DNA of 63,711 nt, filler included, from Octopus bimaculoides (taxonomy: Eukaryota): NCBI RefSeq assembly GCF_001194135.2. It is 7 parts of 7 records of this genome, joined end to end, with 100 filler letters (N's around TTAATTAATTAA, not from the genome) between each part and the next. Parts side by side here need not be neighbours in the genome. Positions count along the whole stretch, not along the records: positions 16,213 to 35,713 come from NC_068985.1; positions 35,814 to 43,405 come from NC_068996.1; 5 more parts are not named here. One strand, given 5' to 3'. The notes under the pieces are model-generated. The model saw only the letters and a list, made by a program, of their open reading frames with translations, did not search any database and was not told where the DNA came from. Positions 25,763 through 37,480 of the stretch are shown one piece after another (position 1 is the first letter of the stretch; each line of letters starts with the position of its first letter). The position numbers and the translations under genes were made by a program.

Positions 25763-27742
25763 AAATAGAGTGTTAAATGAAGTTTAGTAGTAGAGCAGTT
25801 TAGTAGTAGAGATTACAAAGTTGTGATTACAAATTACAAATTTAGTAGTTGTGATTACAAATTACTACAAATCAACAAGAGGAAAACAAAACTTTCACGA
25901 CATCAAAAGGTTCCAGGGACAAAAGATTTGATGTCAAATAAGTCAACATCAAATCAGTGACGGCAAAAAGTCAGGGCCAAAACGTGTCATACCTAGGACA
26001 GAGTAGCGTTGTAGGCACTGATAAGGGAGATGAGTCTTGCAATGGTATAGAGTCACGAATATATTGAGTCATCCCAGCCCAGTACAACTACTTTCAGTCA
26101 AGTTTTTTTCTCATTGCAAGACCTACTTCATACATTCAGGGTTCCTCAGAGTGCTTCTCCAACCAGAACAATGTATAGATACTCCCTTTCTGTACGCCAC
26201 CTTTTGCCAATGACTAGTATAGTACTGGAACCGCTTATCCAGATTCCATAAATCTGGGAATACTGTATTGGATAAACAGACCCTGTTTTTGAAGGTGGTT
26301 AATTTGCATTCGGTGTGTTAAAAATAGTTTTGTTCTTTCTTTTTGTAAGTGCATTGATAAAGATTAAACATACTCTGCTTTAGAATTGTATTAATTTGTG
26401 TTTGTGTCTGTTAAAGAAAATCATGTTTTTTACTTTCCTTCGTTTAATTTTCATCCTATAAGCATTATATTGTATACATTGTACAATATAATATATTTAA
26501 AAGATTTTAAGTGAATTAATAAATATCGAACAGACCTTGAGTCAGAAATATAATTTGAATCTGTTAAATACGATTTAGCACTTTTCATAGTTTATTTCAT
26601 ATTTCAAGTATGTATATTTAGCCTATCTCCAGGAAACTGAATAATCTAGAAATCCGAGACATTTCTAGTTTCAAATTTTCCAGTACAGTATCAACGGCTG
26701 AATTAGACGCTTTCAGTAAGGCAAAACTTCATGATACTTGCCACAAGAATCATTAAATAAATTAACAGTAGCGTGCGATGGTTGTTATAGTAAATTAGAG
26801 CATAAATTACTCAGTCACCAGAGGCAAGAAAACATGCTAGGGTATTTGATAGAGGGAGCTTTAAAAGTTTATTATGCGATACAGACTGATACATACAATC
26901 ACAGATTGAAAGATATTCTATGACATAGACAGACAGACAGACAGACAGATAGGTGCACATAATGCGTAAATTACATTAAAATGGAATCATATGGATTTAT
27001 AAGGGGAGTAACTCAAACTAATTTACTCGAGTTATGTCCCTTGGATGTTGCCGTCGGTTGATAAAGTCAATGTTTCGCTTGAAGTCAGTCTTAACAGATC
27101 AGTTCTATCGTTAAAGATATTACAACCGTGGCTATTTCGTCTTTTTGAAATTTATAATTATATTATCCAGATTGTCCTTCCGTAAAATGAAGATGGGAAT
27201 TTTACGACTTGTCAGTCGGAACAGAATTCGGTCATAACTCGAGGAGAAGGCGTATTTGTATGTAGAATTTATTTGAGTACGTAGATTTCACTATGTATGT
27301 GTAATACAGTAACTAATATTGATCGATCCCAGACAAAAGGCAAGCTAGAGGTTAATAACTGACAATTCTAGAGCAAATACAAACAACCGAAGCTGCGACG
27401 CAGGACCACACCCATGCTTCGCTGATTCACCCTTAGTATATTTGTTGTCGTGGCGTTCGCATTCAGCTTTCAGAAAACCAAATACGACTTATTGTCCCAG
27501 GCAAGTCACCCGACCGGATGATAATAATGAGAGGTTGCAAGTCCCTAATGAAGTCAGGTCTACACATAAATCTGGCTTTCACGGTTGTTCTAATCAGAAG
27601 CGAAAGCCTGATGGGAATGTTGAAAGAGAAGGAAGGGAAAACAGTGCTGTCTGAGGCGGGGATAGAGAAAGGGGGGATCAAGCATAAAAGAGACAGACTC
27701 TTGATAAAAATAGCACCACGAATCCATAAACAGCTAACTATA

Positions 27743-28148
27743 GGCGTAGGAGTGGCTGTGTGGTAAGTAGCTTGCTTACCAACCACATGGTTCTGGGTTC
27801 AGTCCCACTGCGTGGCACCTTGGGCAAGTGTCTTCTATTATAGCCTCGGGCCGAACAAAGCCTTGTGAGTGGATTTAGTAGACGGAAACTGAAAGAAGCC
27901 CGTCGTATATATGTATATATATATATATATGTTTGTGTGTCTGTGTTTGTCCCCCAACCCCACCCTCCGCCAACATGCTGGTGTGTTTATGTCCCCGTAA
28001 CTTAGCGGTTCGGTAAAATAGACCGATAGAATAAGTACTAGGCTTACAAAGAATAAGTCCTGGGGTCGATTTGCTCGACCAAAGGCGGTGCTCCAGCATG
28101 GCCGCAGTCAAATGACTGAAACAAGTAAAAGAGAGTAAAAAGAGAGTA
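27743..28148 (+). mobile_element. SINE family A, full length
   Basis: GGCGTAGGAGTGGCTGTGTGGTAAG...GGTTCAGTCCC head, internal (TA)n, GCGGTGCTCCAGCATGGCCGCAGTCAAATGACTGAAACAAG and (TAAAAGAG) tail. Confidence 0.9.
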
Positions 28149-28472
28149 ATCTAACGAAGGGAATACAGTGCTGCCTGAGGCGGAGATATGGGAAGAAGGG
28201 ATCAAGCATAACAGAAGCATACTGTTGATAAAAATAACACCACCGATCTATAAACCGCTGTCTCTCTATAGGTTGTGAGAGGTTCGAGGCTTCGTCGAAA
28301 ACTGAACATGTTCACAGGCAGTTTCGGAAAACTCACTTTGCTGAAGGGGTCCGAAGTAAAAAAAAATTTAAATTTAAAAAAAAGGAAATAAAACGTTAAC
28401 CAGTAACGTAAGCTGGTTTGATCTGCCATGTTGACAGTTTTTATTTTCATTCTTATGTGAGTGGATTGCACA

Positions 28473-29000
28473 CACGAGGTCTGATAAAAGAAGAAAAAAA
28501 ACCTATAAAAGCAAAACTATGCTACATATCAATTTGGCATTTAATCTCCTCCAAAGTAATCCGCTTCTGAAGCCACACACGTTATCCAGCGTCGTTTCTA
28601 TTGGTGGAAGCATTCTTGGAACTCCTTTTTGGGGATAGCGAGCAGTTGCCTCGTCGCTGGAAGTCTTCCACTACGAAGACTGAGCCTTGGTTTCGGGGTC
28701 ATAGCCATGGATGCACGATTCGTGACCTGTTATGACAATTTTCAAAATGTTTTTGTCATCCGCGAAACAATCACGGAGATTCTGCGCAGCTGAAACTCGA
28801 TCCTCTTTTTCGAGATGACCACACTCTACACACTTTATCTCCAAGCACTGCTATACACAACGGAAGAGATCGAGAACGTTATAACTCATTATGCATGTGT
28901 GACAGAGTTCAAGGACAATGTGTGTTAAACAGCTTCATTCTGCGTACTTTAGCTCCGTTTCCATAGCAACAGTCCCGATACTTTGTGATCAGACCTCGTA
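28473..29000 (-). mobile_element. Internally deleted mariner (Tc1/mariner) transposon
   Basis: TIRs (T/C)ACGAGGTCTGAT at both ends; minus strand encodes ITGHESCIHGYDPETKAQSS*WK (TGDESW..YDPETK motif) and the C-terminus KEFQECFHQ*KRRWITCVASEADYFGGD*. Confidence 0.9.
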
Positions 29001-29081
29001 CTTGTAATTGTTTTGTGCAGCAATTTCATGTTCCTAATATTTCGGTTTAAACTTTATAGCGAACGACCCACCCATACCTGC

Positions 29082-29126
<45 letters not shown>

Positions 29127-29734
29127 AAGCTGAAATACACGGCGTTGCCCGACTTTACGACTAAGGGAATCCATAATAACATTGCAAAGAAATCCATTTG
29201 ACTTATTGTAAATCTTTTAGGAAAATACTCGCTAGACCCCACCGCGCTAATTTGCAGCGTACAGGCGAACAAACAAAGCACATGCACTAAGTACGTATGG
29301 TCGATAATGTTTACAACACTAGCGCTGCTTTTAATTCATTATTGTATTCAATCCCACGTATTTATCGTCGTAGCATCCAAGCAAATGGCTTTTACACTAT
29401 TTCTATATAGTCATATATCTGAGATTCGCTTTGCCCCCCCCCATCCCCGGTTCGATTAAGATACGTAATATTGATAAGCCACAAAAATATCGAAATATTG
29501 GTATCCATCACTCTTCAGTGGGATTGGGGGCAAACTGCCTCACCTGTCTATGACTTTCAGGTATTTTAACATCCAGTGCTTGAAAAGCATGATCCCCACC
29601 GTACTAAACCGTAGCGTACAACCTAACAAGCAAAATACATACAGTCGGTATACCCGCTCGATAATGCGTAGAACAATATGGAGAGATATACAATATATAT
29701 ATATAAATATATATGGTATATACGAAGCCCAATG

Positions 29735-30215
29735 ACCTCCCGTCTAATAAGAGGACATCAGGTACATGCATCCCAACTATGTGTGCGTGACATGGTGATG
29801 TCATACCAAGATAAACAGCGTATGACTTTGCAAGTGGGGCCCAGTTAGAATTTTTTCACGTCGGGTAAGCCGTCCCGCTCAAAACGTCCCTGAATAAGGT
29901 TTATGTAAGTATGTGAAATGAAACGCCCATGTTTCCAAGGGTGAATTATTCAAACCCTAAAGAATTCCTCTCAACACATGGCTATAATGTTTCCCCACTA
30001 CTTCTACTCGTGATCAGAGGTGCACATATCGTCAGTCACCAAGGGACCTGCTCAAATGGTTAACTTTCAAGCAACGGACAAGCAAATCTGTGGTGCTGAG
30101 CAGAATATTTGCTGTAGCCCATCTATTACACCAAGACAAAATATGTACTTGATAGCACTTTCAATCAGTTATAATCAAAAGCCATGAGAGTTACTGTCTA
30201 GTACTGCATCATATT
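29735..30215. mobile_element. Dispersed repeat, probably LINE 3' region
   Basis: Recognised as a recurrent octopus repeat (GAGCAGAATATTTGCTGTAGCCCATC...GCCATGAGAG); no ORF; class uncertain. Confidence 0.35.
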
Positions 30216-30353
30216 CTTTTATTCTTAGCTATAATGGATATTATCTTTCTATTAATTATTGATATAATCTTTGTCTTGCGTTCTTTCTGGAATTGGCGAT
30301 GTAATCACTTTCTCTATATATGTTTATGTTAGTGTATAAGTATATCTGCTGCA

Positions 30354-30400
<47 letters not shown>

Positions 30401-31564
30401 CAAAAAAGAGTGGAAAAACTACAGAAGGCTTCTGTTATATGGCTAAAATATATATTTAAATCGTTATGTTATGTAGTTTTTTCACTCTTTTTTGTCTTTT
30501 ATACATCCAACTACGTGCTTTCACATACCAACTCTCTCACCTATATATGTATGTATGTATGTATGTATGAATGTATGTGTGAATGTATGTACGTACATAT
30601 GTATGTGTGTATGTGAATATGTATTCTTGTAAGTGTATATGTGTGCTGATATGTATATATATGTTGGTGATTCTTAACGTAGAGCATATGCCCCACCAGA
30701 GGGGGTCTGAGAAAATTTTGGTGGGGTGTGGTGCTGTAGTCGCCAGACACAAGGTTCTCATTAAAGTGATTCCCTTTTTTCCCTTAGTCAATAATGTACT
30801 TTTTTTTTTGTACTCAGTACTTAAAAGAGTTACCAGTAGATTCTTTTCTATTAAATAATTATGATAAAATATTAAAAATAAAATTGAGTTTTGGTGGGAT
30901 TTTTTCCAACTAGCAGTAAGTTGTAAAAACAATTATAGTGAGAACTGAGGAAATAGTTGGGGAAACATAATGTATGTGTATATGTATGTTTGTGTGTATA
31001 TGTATATATATGTACATGTGTGTATTTATGTACGTTTAATTTATACGTATGCAAATATTTAAATGAACGTTTATACGTGTGTACGTTTGTGAATACTTGA
31101 ATTTACGCAAATATTACGTATCTGAGTATGTAAGTATACATACATGCATGCATACATACATACATACTGCTCTAACACTTCGAAACGCCAGTATTATAAT
31201 GGTGGCAGCTGATGAAGGATATGTTCTCTATGTAGCCTGTGTGTTTTTTGTACCTTGTTTATCATTTTGTCCATGTTTTTCTGCAACGTCATGTACCCAG
31301 ATATGCATCTATATATACATGTAGATGAAGGTATGTACATACATGCACATATATATGCATATACTCATATATTATTTGTACATACATACATACGTGTTTT
31401 TATGTATTTATATGAATGTAAATATTTTCACATATTACAATAAGAAGCAAGGGAGGTAAGTTTGAATTACTTATTACTTCCCTTTAACCATTCAGTCATC
31501 ATTCCTGTCGAAGTCAGCAAGTACATTTTTTCAGTGTCGATGCATGGCCCAGAGATTAAGCTGT

Positions 31565-31860
31565 TACTCTTACTCTTTTACTTGTTTCAGTCATTTGACT
31601 GCGGCCATGCTGGAGCACCACCTTTAGTCGAGCAAATCGACCCCGGGACTTATTCTTTGTATTCTATCGGTCTCTTTTGCCGGACCGCTAAGTTATGGGG
31701 ACATAAACACTCCAGCATCGGTTGTCAAGCAATGTTAGGGGGACAAACACAGACACACATATATATACATACATACGACAGGCTTCTTTCAGTTTCCGTC
31801 TACTAAATCCACTCACAAGGCTTTGGTCGGCCCGAGGCTATAGTAGAAGACGCTTGCCCA
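31565..31860 (-). mobile_element. SINE family A, 5'-truncated
   Basis: Reverse complement of family A body and tail. Confidence 0.85.
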
Positions 31861-31864
31861 AAAT

Positions 31865-32087
31865 GTCGGTCACAACGTGAGTTCCAGTTGATCCTATCAA
31901 CGGAATTGTATGCTCGCGATGTTAATGTGCAAGTGGCTGAGCACTTCACAGGCATGAGTACCCTTAACATTTACCTCAGGGATATTCGGTATGAGAATAA
32001 CACTCACAACGCCCGGGCTGGGATTCGAAACCGTGATCCTATGACTGCGAGTCCGCTGCCCTAACCACTGGGCCATTGCGCCTCCAC
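31865..32087 (-). mobile_element. SINE family C, internally deleted
   Basis: Head GTGGAGGCGCAATGGCCCAGTGG and tail segment present, middle missing. Confidence 0.8.
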
Positions 32088-32334
32088 AGGTTGAGTGATA
32101 TAATTTTAACTAATCGAAAACCTTCGTTGCCCACATATCGTGTGTGTTGATTTCTATTGCCACACACGAAACCTTTACGTGGTCTCTCTGGACCTGCTAG
32201 AAACAGCAGCCAATTCTTCATTAAACTACACCATAACGTCTGTAAAAACAAAGAACGAAACATTGTACCACAGCAACGTTTATTTTTTCACTTGAAGCAG
32301 ACCCAAGTGCGTTCCATTTGTTGTCATTAATAAC

Positions 32335-32785
32335 ATTTCAATTGAAGTCCCTTTCCACAGATGTAATCTTTCACCAAACTGAGATCAACTGGTACTTATT
32401 TTATCGATCGCAAAAGGATGAAAGGCAAAGTGGATTTCGGCGGGATTGGAACTCAGAGCATAAAGATGTACGAAACGCCGTTAAGCATTTTATCCAGCGT
32501 ACTAACAATTCTGTCAACCCGCCACTTTGATGATGACCACCACCACCACAATCATCATCATCAGAGTGAGCTGACAGACTAGTTAATGGGCTGGACAAAA
32601 CACTTAGCAGCATTTCTGTCGGATCGTTCCATTCTGAGTTCAAATTCCACCGAGGTCAACTTTACCTTTCAACCTTTCGGGGGGGGTTGATAAATTAAGT
32701 ACCAGTTGAGTAGTGGGAGTCGATCTAAACGAATTAACCTCCTCACCCAAAATTTCAGGTCTTGTGTGTATAGTAGAAAGGATTA
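32335..32785. mobile_element. Two divergently oriented SINE family B copies (- then +) around a CAT/CAC microsatellite
   Basis: 32335-32525 is reverse-complement and 32575-32785 forward homology to family B. Confidence 0.7.
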
Positions 32786-32869
32786 TTATTATTATTATTA
32801 TCATCATATAAGCAAAATAATCACAATTACCATAGTAGCAGAATTACTAAGTGCGAACATACATACATA

Positions 32870-33263
32870 TGTAGTAACGCCTTACTAGCAGACGACCTTT
32901 CCGGTAAGCTTATCCACGCATGCGCAGGGACTAGTTCCGGAAGGAACACGGGAAGAGTCTCATGCGCATGTGTGGAGTTCAACATCTAAAACATTCCTGC
33001 TCTTTTCATTCTCTTTCTCGGCCGGCCGGCCATGAGCCCAGACGTTCAAGCTGTCTCTCTCCAACATTCCAACTCTGGAGCTAGACAAATGACCATTCAA
33101 CATCACTGACGGCTTCTCAGCAACCAAATGGTGAAGTGCTGCCTATTTCCTCTGTAAATAAATATTGTTGTGTTGATGGTTCAGAATCTGCGTTCCGTTG
33201 TTTCTTCAGATTTAATGTTCGGAAGCGGGTATACACCTAATGGTGTATAACCACTTTCCTACA
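32870..33263 (+). mobile_element. Solo LTR (394 bp), probably Ty3/Gypsy type
   Basis: Termini TGTAG...CTACA; 4-bp CATA duplication inside a (CATA)n tract; AATAAA near 33156; GC-rich promoter-like 5' half. Confidence 0.75.
32905..32975. promoter_or_regulatory. NRF1-like and ETS-like motif cluster in the LTR
   Basis: CGCATGCGCA (32916-25), CATGCGCATG (~32960-69), TTCCGGAAG (~32935-43); function is inferred. Confidence 0.4.
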
Positions 33264-33512
33264 CATACATACATACATACATTCGCGTGTGTGCACACAC
33301 ATTACATACATATGAAATTAAGACAATATTGATGTTATGTAAATTATTTTATTGCTCAAATATATATTTTTAAAATCTTTCTTTATTTTCAATTATAAGC
33401 TGAACCAGTTCGACTCGTTCGTCTTTAGTCTATTTTAGGGAAAGTGTGCATGTCTGTATATTATAATAATTACATGAATAAAAATATAGTACTCAATACA
33501 TGGAGCAGAGTG

Positions 33513-33556
<44 letters not shown>

Positions 33557-34318
33557 TGTAATAGTTCCTTTACAGAAAATACACTCTCACTCATTTTCTT
33601 TTTTTTTTTTTTTGAAACCCCTCTTAGCCATTCATCTTTAAACCCTTTATACTCTATATAGATATAGAGATATTTATATATTTCATGCTATAAGCACCAA
33701 AGAGCAACAAATCATGTGTGTCTTTCTGTATTCCCAAGCGTCAAACTAATACATCCTTTTGTTGTTTACACCGCCTGTCCTCATCTGTTGTTGTTTTTTT
33801 TTCGTACATTCTCCCATATATATATATATATATATATATATATGGAGCTGTGTTCCTTACAACATTTCCAGCCCAGATTGCAGGAGCTTTCATATATCGG
33901 TTTGAATATTCGAAATTGTTGATTTCATTTGTTGTGATACTCACTTAATGTTATTTTTATTATATTTTAATTGAGTATGAAACTCAGATTTACAAAGTGT
34001 TTTTTTTTTCGTAACAGACTGCATATATATTGATGTAGTCACAATATTTGAAGAAAGATTTTCTTAAACTGAAAATTAATTATATAAAAAATTATTTAAA
34101 AAAAAAGAACACTAATTCTTTTGAAAAGTAGTTTTTGTAGTGTGTTAAATGCTTTCACTGTTTAGAGCTTCTCAAAAACATGTGCTATGGGAGTAATTTG
34201 TCTAGAGGATGTTCTTTTCAGTAAAGGTGCTATTTCCGGTTTAGTTTCGAATACAGAATTCTTATAAAGTATCTTTCTTCTGCCTTTTTGTAACTTATTT
34301 TCTTTCTTTTGTTTACAG

Positions 34319-34402
34319 TCATCATTGGACTGACGGCTTAGCTGGCCAAAAACTTCAAAAGCCACTCTCAGTATTATTCTTGATAAAGACGAAATGCATT
34401 GA
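34319..34402 (+). CDS. Candidate 84-nt internal exon (xHHWTDGLAGQKLQKPLSVLFLIKTKCI), unknown protein
   Basis: Branch-like TAAC, long pyrimidine tract and TTTACAG acceptor; weak GA|GTAATC donor; phase compatible with 37004 exon. Confidence 0.3.
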
Positions 34403-34569
34403 GTAATCCTTCAATTTAATGTAAAATTGTTTTCGTTCCAGCACACGATCTCAGATCAGGTCACTTGCTATGCAAGTACATCTCCATAATTAATGTAAAA
34501 TTGTTTTTATTATAACATAAAAACAAACATCAATATATATATATATATATATATATATACGCACACATA

Positions 34570-35045
34570 CATAGTTTAAAATCCTTTATCTGAAATTCTA
34601 GAACTCGAAAACCTCCAAAATCCGAAAGTTCTTTAAAAACTGACATACACAAATGGAAAATTCCACAAAGTACTGGGAAGTTTCCACCAGGTACAGCTGT
34701 TGTGTCCCATTATGTGACACAAGTTTGAAAGCAGTGTTCATCATAGTTTTAATTTGCACAGTAGGCCCAAGTCGTTATTTTTACACAAAGGGCCTTAATT
34801 TCACTTCCATGTAGGACTGTAACATCCATGACAAACATCGTTACTTGTACATTACTTTAGATATAAAATGCTAACTTTTTCACGGCTTTCATTTTATGTA
34901 CCTGTAATTAAGTTCAATGCTTTGTTTTTATACCTTACACAAAACCTAATACTTGTATAGTTAACAAATAAAAGGTAAATGGTGTAGATGTACTGTAATC
35001 TTTTAATCCAAACACGACATCGCAGTGGAGACTGATATCTTATCT
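34570..35045 (+). mobile_element. Tigger/pogo-type (Zombi/Tigger4-like) DNA transposon end fragment
   Basis: ATCCTTTATCTGAAATT...CTCCAAAATCCGAAAG...GGAAAATTCCACA and CTTTTAATCCAAACACGACATCGCAGTGGAGACTGA resemble my recollection of Tigger4/Zombi ends. Confidence 0.55.
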
Positions 35046-35544
35046 TTCTAATGGTAAAATGTATAAAAATACAATTATTAGAAATTTATATACAACTGCA
35101 GTTAGGGTGTATTCATAAGCTACAATTACGAAATGTATAAACAGATGTCTCATTTTATAGATGCAAATCAAAAAAGATCCAATATCTACAACACTTACTG
35201 TCCCAAGAATTTTGGATAAGGTATTCTTGATTTCATTTCTTTTTTCTCGCTCCATTTTTTGCACCAACATTTTCACGTTTTGTTCCACATTTTTTTTCTT
35301 ATTTTATTACAGTCAACTATCCTTGGTTTTTGAAAATTATTTATAACACACAAACAGAGCCTGAAAGTTTGTTTTAAGATAGATGGTGTATTTTATAAAT
35401 ATGTCTGTTCAAGTTTCAATAGCATTAAAACTATTAGTAGCTCTTTCATTTGTATATTTAATTTGATATTTGTATGTATATATATATATATATATGAAGG
35501 TTTGGAGGTGATGTACAGAAATTATATAGAAAAAAATTTTAATT

Positions 35545-35713
35545 AAGGTACTCAGAAACCTGGATGTTTGTACATTTACAGATTTTTATTAATGTCACAT
35601 ATTAAATATATTAAATGAAGCGCTTTTCACCTAGTCGTGTAGGTTTTTCAAATTAATATGTGACATCAATAAAAATCTGTAAATGTACAAACATCCAGGT
35701 TTCTGAGTACCTT
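35545..35713. repeat. Inverted repeat, 61-bp arms (1 mismatch), 47-bp spacer
   Basis: 35545-35605 is the reverse complement of 35653-35713; abuts an assembly gap. Confidence 0.9.
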
Positions 35714-35814
35714 NNNNNNNNNNNNNNNNNNNNNNNNNNNNNNNNNNNNNNNNNNNNTTAATTAATTAANNNNNNNNNNNNNNNNNNNNNNNNNNNNNNN
35801 NNNNNNNNNNNNNG

Positions 35815-36048
35815 GCACATAAAAGACACCATTTCGAGCGTGGCCGTTTTTGTGCGGGTGACACGTAAAAGCACCCACTACACTCTCTGAGTGGTTGGCG
35901 TTAGGAAGGGCATCCAGCTGTAGAAACTCTGCCAAATTAGACTGGAGCCTGGTGTTGCCATCCGGTTTCACCAGTCCTCAGTCAAATCGTCCAACCCATG
36001 CTAGCATGGAAAGCGGACGTTAAACGATGATGATGATGATGATGATGA
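35815..36048 (+). mobile_element. RTE LINE 3' tail ending in (GAT)n
   Basis: Homologous to 40470-40640, which follows an RTE ORF end; near-identical to 55801-55960. Confidence 0.8.
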
Positions 36049-36392
36049 TATATATATATATATATAATTTATATATATGTAATTCATACACACTTTTATG
36101 AAGCAGGTTTGTTTCTTTTTCTGTCTACCAGATCCATTCATAAGGCTTTTGTAGGTTTGGAGCCTTATAAGGACACTCATCCAAGAAAAAATATCATCAT
36201 CATCATCATGGATGAGCTGACAAAACTGTTAACATGCCAGATGAAATGCTTAGCAGCACCTCATCTGTCTTCGTGTTCTGAGTTCAAATTCTGTTGGGGG
36301 TCAATAAAATAAATGCCATTTGGGTACTGGAGGCAATATAATTCACTTACCCCTTCGTCTGAAATTGCTGGCCTTGTGCCAAAATCTAAAAC

Positions 36393-36441
<49 letters not shown>

Positions 36442-37003
36442 TATTAAAGTTCTTGACAAACCATGTTTGTAATTTCATTTTAATTCTCATTGGAATAGGT
36501 CTTTTTGTTTCCAGTTATAATGATGAAAATTACAATTTACCATTTATCTTCTATAAATTTAAAGTTTCCCTGCTTATTTAACATATTAATATTGTTTATT
36601 TTATTGACTTTGTTATTCAATCATAACTAATCAACTTTATTTGGCTGAAACTGTTTTTCTTTTTATTATACACATGGCCTAGTTAGGCTGTTGCACTCAC
36701 AATCACTAAACTGTGGGTTCAACTCCCTGACTGGGCAGTGTGTTGTGTTCTTTAGCAAAACACTTCATTTCTTGTTGCTCAAGGCCCCCCCCCCCTTTTC
36801 GTTCAGCATGGAATGTTGGCCTGCTCACCTGGCCAGCAGAATGGCATCATTTGAAGGATAAAACAATACAAAAATGCATTGTGACCAGCGTTGTGAAACA
36901 ACATCTGATAGCCTGGTTGGTCACATGATTATATGATTATGCAATAATAATCTTTGACTGCCAAAATTAATGTTAACTTTAAATTAAATTTTTTTTTTTC
37001 TAG

Positions 37004-37064
37004 TGATGAAGAAATTTTCAAGAATCAAAAGCAGAGATCAGAACAACATATACGTCACTATGAG
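37004..37064 (+). CDS. Candidate 61-nt internal exon (xDEEIFKNQKQRSEQHIRHYE), unknown protein
   Basis: TTAAC branch-like site, T-run plus CTAG acceptor, GAG|GTAGGC donor, open hydrophilic frame. Confidence 0.45.
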
Positions 37065-37260
37065 GTAGGCATTCTTTAAGTGGAATTTCTCTATTCTAAT
37101 TTCCAAATTGCAAAGATTTTTCTCCTCTAAACAGTAATGTGGTGAAGTGGCAAAGTTGTTCAGGGATTGAACAGAGCAATTTATGTTATTCATTCAACCT
37201 CTCTGCATTCCAAATTTAAGTCATACTATGGACAGCTTTACCATTTATCCTTTGATTTAA

Positions 37261-37480
37261 CCCTTTAGTATTTAAACCAGTCATATCTAGCCAAAATAGT
37301 CTACCTGCTTTATATTTGAACTGGCCAGATCTGACCTCTTTACCCACCATACAATGTCATTCTAAAAATAATCTATGACATTATTGAAATTTCTAAGCTA
37401 GTAGATAATTTTATGATTAATTCAAAACAATGTGAATAAATAGGTATTACATTAGACAAAGTAATCTGATTACTAAAGGG
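37261..37480. mobile_element. piggyBac-type MITE (220 bp)
   Basis: TTAA|CCCTTTAGTA ... TACTAAAGGG|TCTA: 10-bp perfect TIR with TTAA-type target. Confidence 0.7.

Noticed and set aside
31175-31240. GAAACGCC...GTA...CTGATGAAGG as a type-II hammerhead
   Set aside because: Stems I and II cannot be paired convincingly.
35960-35982. Minus-strand CTGAGGA-CTGGT-GAAACCGG in the RTE tail
   Set aside because: No room for stem II and no NUH; antisense to the element; absent in sister copies.
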